Part shown: one piece after another, positions 37,656-48,592 of the stretch
How positions within the stretch are numbered: the first letter of the stretch is position 1
How the letters are laid out: each line of letters opens with the position of its first letter
Source: Oopsacas minuta
Taxonomy: Eukaryota; Animalia; Porifera
Direction of reading: 5' to 3'
Assembly: GCA_024704765.1 (NCBI GenBank)
Contig: JAKMXF010000011.1
Location: 1-64,000 of the forward strand
Length of the DNA stretch: 64,000 nucleotides
Program-made: the position numbers and the translations under genes
Notes under the pieces: generated by a model
What the model was told of the DNA's origin: nothing
Database searches by the model: none
The model's input: the letters and a program-made list of their open reading frames with translations, nothing else

Positions 37656-38293
37656 TATTATTCAGTAGATTATATATATAAGTAACTATAATAAATTTCA
37701 AGAACTAATTTCAATACTATTTCATTCCATTGTTACAGTATGCTACAATAGGAATTTCGTAGCACCGAAAAGTTGTAATGGAATGTCATTGAAAATTAGG
37801 TTGCGCACTATTTCGGGTTTTGTGGTTTTAGATTATATTTTTAGGAATCCTAATGCCTGTATCTGATTAATTTTGCGCAGTTGTTTTGTGTTGTTTATTT
37901 TTTCCTGACACTTTAAGCATTCCTCTTTATAAAAATTCTGTACCGATTTTACTAGATTTTAGAAATTTCATGTTCACAAAATATATAAATATACAGTCAT
38001 GGAAACAAGATATTTAGATTTAGCATAGTCGAAATGTATAGAGTATACCAGAGTAGTAACATTCGATTATGTAATTGCTCTTACAAGGTTCAGTTGAAAT
38101 TGGGTCTAAATTTAGAAATCATGAAGCCTCAATTTTCCTATGAATATTTCGCATCTTTGATGAAGAAGTTTTACAGCTTCTAGGGTCTCAATCGCTAGAT
38201 ATTTTATTTGAGAATCATTTAAACAATATAAAATGAATATAACCATCAAATACGAATCAATTTTTGTCTATTCTTTGCTTCTAAACTACTGTG

Positions 38294-39700
38294 TTGTCAG
38301 AGCAGTAGATGCTGAAGAACCTGATGGGTTTCTCAACAGACACCATGATGTCTTTCCAGTAGGACAGCCAAAATGATCCCCTGCCGCATTATCAACTAGT
38401 ATATGTAGAGCAGAACACAGCTTGATTGATGCTAGACCATGATGTTGATAGATGACAGTATATTAATTTGCGGCGATATAAGCAGCCTTCCATTCAGATA
38501 GTGCGTGTTGTACATAGTATTATTTTACGTACTTCTCTTCTTCATCAGACTCTTGACTACAGACGTTTCACGATCCATTAAACGAATGTTCACAAGATTG
38601 TATGGAATTAGTTCTTCACCTGCTGAAAACTTCTTGAACCTCCATATCTGTTAACTGAGTATGCCAGATGATTTTTCTCTGAGGAGCGTCCCCATATCCT
38701 GTTGGCTATTTCTGGCTCCATACCTTGAGAAGATCCAGTGTAGTTTCGATTTTAGTTTGGATTATGACGTTCTAACCACTTCTCGTACTCGGCTGACCGA
38801 TCTTTGATTTCTCCTCTGTCCAGATAGAGCACTTCTCACAGAGACGGCTCGTGATTTCATAGTCCAGTATCTTCTTGGTATCGCTAGAGATAACAGCACC
38901 GAAACCTATATTGGAATAGAATCCTATGGTCTTCCAGGAGCTATCGAAGCTGACGGTCACGTTAGTCGCGTTAGAATTAGGTAATACTTAACAGTCTGAT
39001 CTTTGGCGTACCAGTTTAGCAGTATCAGACATGGTACTCCCTACTGCAACTTTTGTAACAGTTTCTAGACAGCTCAGATATGGAGATTGCATGCTCTGAA
39101 CTGGTAGGGGATATCAACTATTGTAGATAGTTTGTGAATATTACGCCACTAAATACCAGTAGAATGTACAGCTATAGCACTCTACTGGATTGTATGAATC
39201 CATGAATCCATTTTTCTTCGTAAAGGGAAAGACTCCCAACACATTCGCTGCAGGAAAGGTGGAGAATACATCTGGTAGGTTGCTAACATGAAGAATTCTC
39301 ATTCCAGTTGGCATGCGTTTTTCTCTTTTCTCATGAATCTGAAAGTAGTAACACAGGTTTGGAACGCGTTGTTGGTGGAATGCGAAATTTAGCAATGTGG
39401 CCTCTGTGTGTGTGAGTAACTTTAGGTATTTGCTATTCTTTGCTCTAGGCAGTTTCGGGCAAAGCGGTATTGTCAGGTCTTGCACATCTGTAAGAGATGG
39501 TGACAAGTTTTATACGCATTTCCATAGAAGCGACGATTTCAAAGGCGTCCTATACATTTATCAACTGAAGACTATCTTTTTCTTGAGATGTTGTAGGAGA
39601 CAGTCCAAGTGAGGTGGATGCTTGAGAAATCCCTGAAGAAGTTGGACTAACTACAATCTGAGATGTAGAATCAGAATGAGGAGGACATAAAGGCAAGGTA
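38294..39700 (-). pseudogene. N-terminal/core part of the Kolobok/Mutator-like transposase
   Basis: VSFDSSWKTIGFYSNIGFGAVISSDTKKILDYEITSRLCEKC (first-D motif, D-G/S-x-W-x2-R/I-G type), NYTGSSQGMEPE, and DHFGCPTGKTSWC. Heavily decayed; termini not resolved. Confidence 0.72.
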
Positions 39701-40828
39701 GTATTTAGAGGAGGTACAGGAGGTGATGGTATATAGGAGATATCCTCTCAAACTTAAAATTGTGATGAGTCTGAGAAACAACCCTGCTCTTTGAGGATAT
39801 GCTCTTCATACCTCGAACTTGATTCATTTGGTGTGATCTGAGACAATGTAAATTATCTAAATTGTCTGGAAGAAAATAAGATCAGAACACTTGTAAACAT
39901 TTTGGATAATATCTTGCGAATATATTTAATATTATTAATTTCGAGGAATGCCCAAAATATTAACAGTTTCCTTTTCCCTCAAAGATCATACTGTTAGTTC
40001 ATATTTTTTTACTGTAATGAGCGAAAATGTTATCACTGCCCTAAGATGTTGTCTCAAAGGATCTATTTCATGCATCGCTAGTTTCTGCACAGAACCGAGG
40101 ATCCGCAAAAAGGTTAGCGTTATGACGTGCTGGCTCCATAACCCAAGAATCTTCATCCCTGCCTCATTGTCATATCGCTAGTATTCTAGGGGGGTGAATC
40201 ACTAAATCACTACGTTACTAACGGGTTTGATGGGGCAGGGAGGGTTCGAGCAACCCTCGTTTGTTTTCGAACCCATAGAGCTGATAAAGAAATATAGGTT
40301 TAAGGTCCCTCAAATGTATGCGAACCCCTTATCCGAACCGTCACCACCCCCTCGTGACTCATACCTACACGCTTCAGAAAGTTCGGATTGACGCAAATCC
40401 GGCAAGACTAGACACAAAGAATGATGTGAAGTTGGCGCCGAAACAAATCGAGGACATAATCCTTAAAAGTCTTATCCAAAAAGTACGATGAGCAACCAAC
40501 GACCTCCAGCCATGTAGAGTAGTATAGGTAGTCCCTACTTCTGGCTTGGTGTTACGTAAGAATTAATCCTGCAGAGCGTTCGTTAATGCGCTAACAGCTA
40601 TAACGTATATAATTATAACAATCAGCAATTACCATATATATATACACTTCCGAAAACACGAGAAATAATACAAGTGGTGGGTAAGAATGAATAGAATTCG
40701 CAAATAAGCCTATATTAGTAAATTGCAACTACATGTGAATATGCATATTACTAGCCTTTGGCTCGTAGCATTGCTCCTCGAGGTATCCATTATTCTTCTT
40801 ATTGACGGCCCCTTTAAGTATTATAATA

Positions 40829-42172
40829 CAGGGTGTCCAATAACTACTGGCTAATCCATTGTTAACATTTGTCGAACTAATTAGATATAGTAGTATTAGT
40901 GTATTTCTACAAGATTTTGTTGATGTTCTTATCTACTCAGAAACTATCTTTGCGGCTATGACGAAATTTTTCTGTCTACATTTTGTGTATATGTAGCAAC
41001 TTTGAGATTTTACTCTTATTTCTGTTATTTTGGGGTAGTGTTGATGGATTCCGACATCCGATATAGAGCAATTGGTTTGTTAGAAGCGGGTACAAGCCAG
41101 AAAGAAGTAGCATGTAGGTTTGGAAAGGGAGTTCGAACAATCATACGTTGGTGGTTTCGATTCAAACAAAATTCTAGTCTCACACATCGAAAGGTGCTGG
41201 ACGACCTAAAAAATGGACATGGCGGCCAAAATGGTGATCGTGAAATCGTTGGGTAAAAGACATCACTCAACTAAGAAATTGTCGACTAAATTGAAGTTAA
41301 AGGGGTACCAGATTTCAAAGAGTACTATACACAACTAATTACGGAATTAATTAGCTGTTAGGGCATTTAAAAGGCCGAAAAAACCCAAGCTGACTCAAAA
41401 TCAGATGATAAACAGAGTCAAATTCTGTCAAAAAGTGAAAGATTGGACAGTCAACGATTGGAAGAAAGTTATGTGGTTAGATGAATCACTATTTGAATTA
41501 TTCCATTCGAGTAACACGCAAAATGATCGTATTTGGGCTCACAATACTCAGGATGTTCTCCCTCGAGACACAATAAAGAATCCACCCAAAATAATGGTCT
41601 TGGGCATGATGAGCTATCGAGGATTATCAGACTTAGACTTTATTCCACTAAAACAAACAGTCAATGCGCTATACTATGTTTCAAATATTTTGGAAGATAC
41701 ATGCCTTAATACACTCAAGAAAAGAAGAATAAACGGGCCTGTTTATTCTAGAAAATTGGTATTAAAAAGGTCGGAGGCACATTTCATGCAAGATGGTGCT
41801 CCTGCTCACAGGGCCATAGTTGCACAATAATGGTCAAAAAGCAATTTTCAAGCTTTTGGACTAAGGATGAGTGGCCTGGTAACTCACCAGATTTAAACCC
41901 AATAGAGAATATATGGGGTATAGTGAAACAATCCATTGGTAAAATGAAGCAACCAAATAACGTTAAACAACTGAAAAATGAGCTCGAAATTGCATGGAAA
42001 AATATCCCACCCCGATGCCTAGAGAATATTGTGGCAGGCATGCATGCCGAAAGGATCAATAAATGTTTACGACTCAATGGAGATTATAAGGGCAAGTAAC
42101 CGTACATTTTGAGGTCTTATATTTCATAATATATTTTAGAATTGATTTGGCCAATAATTTCTGGACACACTG
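40829..42172 (+). mobile_element. Tc1-like DD37E transposon, decayed
   Basis: Imperfect TIRs cagggtgtccaataactactgg / ccaataatttctggacacactg with TA flanks. Motifs VMWLDESLF and FMQDGAPAH...WPGNSPDLNPIENIW; same family as 3192-4524. Confidence 0.9.
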
Positions 42173-43948
42173 TATAGATATATTTAGAACAATATAATTC
42201 ACAAATATACGTATATGGCTCATATGTTGCTGAATTATTTTGTAAGATCCCCATTCGTGGTCGTTGAGAGCTACTATCTACGTAAATTTTGAGATGTTGC
42301 TAATTGTTTCCTGTATATTCATAAACAACAATATATTTACATATCAATAATATCTATATCATTAAATCTCAATTGTTGTTAGTTAGGTTTGTTTATTTGT
42401 GCGTTATCAAGGAACGGATTTGCAGAATGTAATTTTAAAATTGTCGCATAACTATGTATTTATCGTGTTCATAAGGAAGTAAATATAATTCAATACAACT
42501 TCAGCAAATACATCGAACATGCTGATTCCGATTTTAACTCTTTTGGAAAAATCATATATAAATATATTGTTATTTTAATGTTAATATAAGTAAAGAAACT
42601 TGCCGAATTTTAATATATTCATAAGGGCTTGCCCAAAATGGCTATCTAGCCGTAACTAAGTACCCTGAATCAGAATTTTCGGATTTTCTAGTTTCTCATG
42701 GGCAATTTCATTATTTTTATCAATATTAAGGAGCAAATATTTGAAATCTTAAAATATACAGGGTGGTCCATAAGTTCTCTCCCATACTTTAATACATAAC
42801 CATAGATTTTATGGTAAAGCTAGGTAATTGGTTTGCTTTTCAAGCTTCTATAGTCTTATAAGTATTCGAAACAGTTCATCTTAATATCTCATAGTTTTAT
42901 CTAGACAAATTCCTCGATGGAAACGGAAAGGTTGACAATTATCGAATTATATCGAAATGGGAAAAGATCAAGTGAAATTTTGAATATTCTCAATATACCT
43001 AAAACGAGGCGAAAGTTTGTATACTGTACAATTAATAGGTATAAAGATACTGGCGGCGTCTCTGACAAGTCAAGATCTGGTCGTCCCGCATCTGTAACGA
43101 CAACAAAGATGAGGAAGATCGTAAAGGGTCGTGTATGGCGAAATCCCAGTCGATCGATGAGAAAATGGCTGCAGAGCTCAGGGTATCTCGTTCTTCCTTC
43201 CAAAGAATTGTCAAAAGAGACCTGGGTTTATCCTCATTTAAAAAACGTAAAGTACACTATCTTTCAAGGGTAATGAAAGAGAAGAGGCTGAAAAGAAGCA
43301 AAGGTCTTATTGACCGGTTCGCTATCAAAGGTCATGATCACGTCTTGTTCTCAGGTGAGAAATTCTTTACGATAGAGGAAGCTTATAATCAACAAAACGA
43401 CAGAATATTGTCTTCTATAGCGTCTACCATCCCTGAGGAGTACAGATATGTAAAAAGAGTCCAGAAACCATGTTCTGTATGGTTTGGGCTGGACTATCCT
43501 CACTTGGCCGGACTCCGATAGTTTTCATCCCAACTGGGGTAAAAGTAAATGCTCAAACTCACCAAAACCTTGTTCTAAATCCTATAGTCAAAGATCTTAG
43601 CAAGTCGATGGTTAACAATGAAGCCTTTTTGTTCAACAGACGGTGCCCCTGCTCATACAGCAAATACCACTCAAAACTGGCTTCACTCCGAAATTTCTGA
43701 CTTTAATTCCAAACAGGATTGGTCGCCATCTAGTCCGGACCTTAACCCTCTAGACTTCTCAGTTTAGTCTAAATTACAAACAAAGGCTTGTCATAAATCT
43801 CATAAAAATCTGGAGGCCCTGAAGCGATCAATAATACGTGCTTGGAGTGAAAACTCCTAGGAGAACATGCGAATGGCAGTAGAGGCAGTTCCTTCACGTC
43901 TTAGGGCTGTAATTAAGAAAAAAGGTGGATATATTGAATAAGGCTAAT

Positions 43949-46900
43949 CGTGACCTACGTTATAATAAGGCCTGTTCACTAGTGCGATTTTTTGGACCAT
44001 GGATGTCGTTTAAGTCTATTAAATTTTATTTCAAATAATCATGTATTTGATGTTATTCACCCAAATCGTGAACTTAAAAATTGTTCTTAGGCGATTTTAA
44101 AGACCATGGATGTCGTTGAAGGCTTGTATTAGAAGTATTTCTTAGAAACCCATAATATTTATATTAATTTATGAATCAACCTTTTTGTTACATTCAATTT
44201 ATTGAAACAATACATTTAGGTACTCACTACCCGTTGTACCTTGTCCTCTTGTACTTTTATCCTAAGTTGTTTAGACAACTTAGCTTTTATCTCTGTAATG
44301 CCGCTCTCCACCCTGTTCTATCAGTTATGTGCATTTCTTTAATCTACCTCTCGATTTCTCCTTTTTATAGTTTCAATTAGCTTGTCATGCCCAACAGGTG
44401 TTCTGCCCCGGAAGTCGGAGTAATTACGCAGGAGAACCTTATACTCCAGTCTTTAAGTTGTCAAATGGTCCACCTGATCTTGTCAATCGTTGGCATCGAG
44501 CGCTCTGTGGAGAAGGTATCAGAGACTTAAAGAATGTGTTTGTGTGCTCAAAACATTTCCTCGACGAAGAAATTCAGACCAGTTTTTCTATCCATCAACC
44601 AGATGGAACACACTTAGAAGTACCAGCTAAGCCTAAATTGCAGAAGGATGCAGTGCCAAGATTTCTACCTGGATGTCCACTTCATCTCTCTTCGTCATCT
44701 GACACCATACCTCCGAGATTTGATAGATCTTTGAGAGAACAGCATTTGATTGATACTGCAATTAATGAGAGTCTATTACAGTATAACCAAGACAAAGAAC
44801 TTTTTCAGATTACCACACTGGAAGACTTGGTATCCAAAACGAAGCACTCGGGTTTGCCTAATCATTGGTTAGTTGGTCTTCTATGATAATTCCTTTAATT
44901 TACTCAAACCTTCTATAACGAATAACAGTTTGATTGCAATTAGATGCTCGTTAACTATTACCGAAACATTACATACTATGGGTTTCTACGAAGGCATACG
45001 CATTCCTCTTTCTCTCACTCAGATAAATGATATTCGTCAACTTAACGATTTGCTTAAAGAAATTGAAAACCATTCTGCCCCTACTAATTCTCCTGAAACA
45101 TTCCAACACCATGTCAGAGAAGCAACCGGAAGCATTCGTAAAGCTATTGACTCCCTTTCAACTGGAAAAGAATCTGGAAACCAACAGCCTCTATTATCAA
45201 GTCTTCAGTTTATTCTATGCCAATTGGATAACGCTTTGATCGCGAAAACTATGAGGCGATACAACATCGAAATTCTTGCCTTGTCCTCAAATGCCAGCTT
45301 ATCTCGCCAGTTTGTTATAGATATCTTCAATCCCTGGACTGTCTATCATTGCCGCACCTTTCTACTCTAAAGCGCTTATATTCCAATTTTGGTTTGGATT
45401 CTGAGTTTACCAACTATCTCAAACAATCAGTCACTCAGTTTAACAAATGGGAACGAAATGTAGTGATTCAGATGGATGAAATTTATGTAAAATCCACATT
45501 TACATACAAAGGAGGTAAGATAATTGGATCTTCTTTGAATCCTACTGATCCTGCAAAAACCGTTTTTTGCCTTCATGATATCAAGTTTGTCCAAACGATG
45601 GTCCAGTATTGTCCGTTTACTGCCCTGTTCCAGCTCATCTGCTGAGGTACTCTTTCCTATCATCAAAGATGTTATTCGTGATGTTGAAGCATGTGGACTC
45701 TCTGTACACGTTTTGTGTACTGATAATTACCCGATGAACGTTGACATTTTCAAGTTATTTTCTCCCAGCCGACTTCTAGAGCATATTGTTCCTCACCCTA
45801 TGGACTCAAACCGGCCATTGTTTTTGCTTTTTGACTTCGTTCATATAATCAAATCGATACGTAATAACTGGCTAAACCAAATAGATTATAATAAAACATT
45901 CACTTATCCAGATTTTGAGAACATACAAGTTGCGAGCACTGCAGTTTTCGAAGAAATTCGCGAATTATATAAAAGTGACCAACACTTTGTTGCTAAATTA
46001 GCTCCAAGATTAACCTCTAAAGCTTGTTGGCCTTCCACTTTAGAACGACAAAATGTTTCTTTAGCTTTAAGGATATTTGATGAATCTACAGCCGCTGCAT
46101 TAAACGTTAGCTACCAATCGCGATACCACACTTCTACAAATTCACAGACTGCAGACTTTATTGCCATTATTTGTAATGTTTGGAAGATATTCAACATCAA
46201 TACTCCGAACAAGGGTATCCTTCACAAAGATGAATTTTCAGTTCCACTTACCTACAATGATACCAGATTTATGTTCCTTCAACGTGTAGTTGATTGGGCT
46301 GAAAGTTGGCGAGTCATGCCTGACAAAAGAGGTAAATTAAGTCCTCAAACCTTTACAAGTTTCCGTCACTCTTGTATTGCACTCCCGTGCATTGTAAACC
46401 ATCTGACTGGAAATTGTGGCTATTCGTACGTCCTTTCTTCGTTTTTGCAAAATGATCCACTTGAGCATCATTTTGGCTTGTATAGGATGATGTCAGGAGC
46501 ACAATACAACATTACTTATTGCCAGGTCCTTGAAACAGAACGGAGAATAAAGTTGTCCAGCATACTCAAATTATTTTCGAAAATGCCTGTAGAAGATCGC
46601 ATATCACTTAAGAACTTCTTAGAATCGTGCTCATCCTCTTGTGACCAAGACTCCCATGCGTCTTTCAGCTTGGAGATGTATCTCTCGGCGATTCAGGGAT
46701 ATTCAGGGATAGAATTAAACAAGCAAATACTCCAATCACTCTCCTTTATAGCAGGCTACTCAGTGCATGCCTATTACAAACATTCTACTAAATGTCAATC
46801 ATGTCTCTTATTCCTCACTGAAAACAAAGAAATGGAAATTGAAGAACCTTCAGATTCTGAATATCGATTAATTCAGATAATCGACCCAGGCTCACTAAAA

Positions 46901-47573
46901 TGGCCAAGTAGTGATGTCATAGACGCAATTATTACGCTATGGAAAGTATTCTCTTCTATCGAGAGTCAACCAAGCATATTCAATAACTTTATAACTGGTC
47001 CTTCTAGAAGTATCCTGATAGGGTCAACAACAAGTCTTATAGAAAATGAACAAGCTGAAGTATGGAGAGTGATGTGTGACGAATGTGGTACACTCATGTG
47101 GGATGTATTAGCTAAACTATTGACTGCTACTTCAAACTGTCTTATATCAAATAAGATTAAGAACATGAATTCCCAGCTACCCTTGAAACCGTGTGTCGAA
47201 AATACTCGAAAATTAAAGAAATTGAAGCCTAATTAACTTATCACATACCACTTTAATATACGTATCTTTTGTTATTTTGTACTATTATCAGGCACTCACT
47301 ATTTGAAATATGCTTAGTATTAAATCCAATAATATTTTATCTCATGGATTCACATTTTAGTTAATTTTCTCTAACTATAACATTTATTGTAAAAATAAGG
47401 ACTTAAATGCATCCAGGGTCTTCAAAATCGCTTAAGAACAATTTTTAAGTTCACGATTTGGGTGAATAACATCAAATACATGATTATTTGAAATAAAATT
47501 TAATGGACTTAAACGACATCCATGGTCCAAAAAATCGCACTAGTGAACAGGCCTTATTATAACGTAGGTCACG
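43949..47573 (+). mobile_element. P-superfamily (Galileo-like) transposon, 3625 bp, with long TIRs
   Basis: 164-bp TIRs (43949-44112 / 47410-47573, 4 mismatches) starting CGTGACCTACG; exact 7-bp TSD GGCTAAT (43942-48 / 47574-80). Confidence 0.94.
44387..47236 (+). pseudogene. THAP-domain P-element (THAP9-like) transposase with ~4-5 frameshifts
   Basis: THAP domain MPNRCSAP..RSNY...RW...VCSKHF; catalytic motifs VVIQMDEIYVK, LCTDNYPMN, LFDFVHIIKSIRNNWL and FLQNDPLEHHFG. The 3' 553-codon ORF is open. Confidence 0.92.
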
Positions 47574-47869
47574 GGCTAATATATTATTTTCCAAATCATG
47601 TGTACGTTGTTGTGTTAAGATTTTAAGTCATTTCAGTGGCTTTTGCCAAAATTATGGGCTTTTATCTGTGGGACAGAACTTATGGGCCACCCTGTATGTA
47701 GAGACCTGCTATTACTGAGGCAACAAAGTATGCTTAAACTGATTTGGCATTTTGAAATTTCTCTAAGGTAAATTTATTTGTTGTTTTTATGACTATTAGA
47801 GTAACCAACTAGTTTAAATCTGAAAATTTACGTAGAGACCTGCTCGGATGTTCCACATAGTAGGAGAAG

Positions 47870-48370
47870 GGTTACAGGTTGTATAAAGTATTTCCATATA
47901 ACAACGCTTTCGAGGGCGTCTCATTCATTTATCAACTCGAAGACAATCTTGTTCTTGAGATGTTGTAGGACACAATCCAAGTGAGGTGAAGGCTTGGGAA
48001 ATCCCTGGAGAAGTTGGACCAACTGCTGTCTGAGATGTAGATTCAGTTTTAGGGGGCAATTGTACGGTTGGCTATTAGCAGTAAGTTATGCCAGGCTTCC
48101 CAACTCTTCCAATTATTTTTGAATTCCAAAGCAATGAATTTAGCGCGATAGGATTCACTTCTAAAATTTAATTGACACAATGTACAAGTACTCCCAGGTT
48201 TGGTGAATCCAAGTGTAAGACTCAATAACGTTATGAAATATAACGAGGCCCCGGTTAAATCTTAACCCGAGCACCGTTCTGGTTATCGACGGCCCTCACG
48301 CAAGACCTGGAAACTAGGCACTAAGAATAATGTGAAGTTGGCACGAAAACAAATCGAGCACACTTTAACA
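47870..48370 (-). repeat. Deleted fragment related to the 5' region of the Kolobok/Mutator-like element
   Basis: 47880-48045 is clearly homologous to 39500-39670 (atttatcaact..gaagac..ttcttgagatgttgtagga..ccaagtgaggtg..aaatccctg.agaagttggac). 48310-48360 matches 40405-40455 (aagaat.atgtgaagttggc...aaacaaatcgag). Confidence 0.7.
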
Positions 48371-48592
48371 TATTATCTTTGATAGTGTTCTCTTCTACAA
48401 ATATGCCGAAATTATTTTCGAGCCAAAACGCATAGATATTGAAATATACTGTCACTCTGTTTATTAGTTAAACTGGTTACATATCTCAGGCTTATCTTTC
48501 TGAATCTGCACGCATGACCACAATAATATACTGCTGTACTTTTTCTCACTAGGCTTCAATACATTAAGGTCGACAGGATGTGAATTCTTTAC

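Larger units (their letters stand above)
30317..38293 (-). mobile_element. Transib/RAG1-like transposon C (net ~3.29 kb), containing Transib B and an intact maT
   Basis: 5-bp TSD TTGTT/TTGTC (30312-16 / 38294-98). Left end CACAGTG+17+GTAAAGAAT; right end (rc) CACAGTA+8+GCAAAGAAT. Gene pieces 36310-34423 and 31045-30708 carry RKHLDDLSLKQQRTRL, KIADGLDGSG, SMFDGKL, CQMC, LHKLL(A)HSEELI, FSEEGMESWNKLVRKYRENLARK and CERCGQSRHMTRSKCC. Confidence 0.9.
42759..47694 (+). mobile_element. maT (DD37D) transposon, decayed, carrying a P/Galileo-like insertion after its stop codon
   Basis: 28-bp TIRs cagggtggtccataagttctctcccata / tgtgggacagaacttatgggccaccctg (3 mismatches) with TA flanks. Transposase 42917-43941 is frameshifted (first D changed to G in VLFSGEK; PDLNPLDF; ends GGYIE*). 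Confidence 0.9.
42352..47850 (-). repeat. Second copy (inverted) of the 141-bp-repeat DINE/HINE-like element, interrupted by maT 42759-47694
   Basis: 42352-42560 is the reverse complement homologue of 24580-24765. 42620-42758 and 47697-47850 are reverse-complement repeat units. A further forward-oriented unit lies at ~42190-42345. Confidence 0.6.

Noticed and set aside
29540-40376. Candidate Kolobok termini ttaa|gcgtgggtag and cctacacgc|ttca
   Set aside because: There is only a ~5-bp inverted match and an imperfect TTAA, which is insufficient to call ends.
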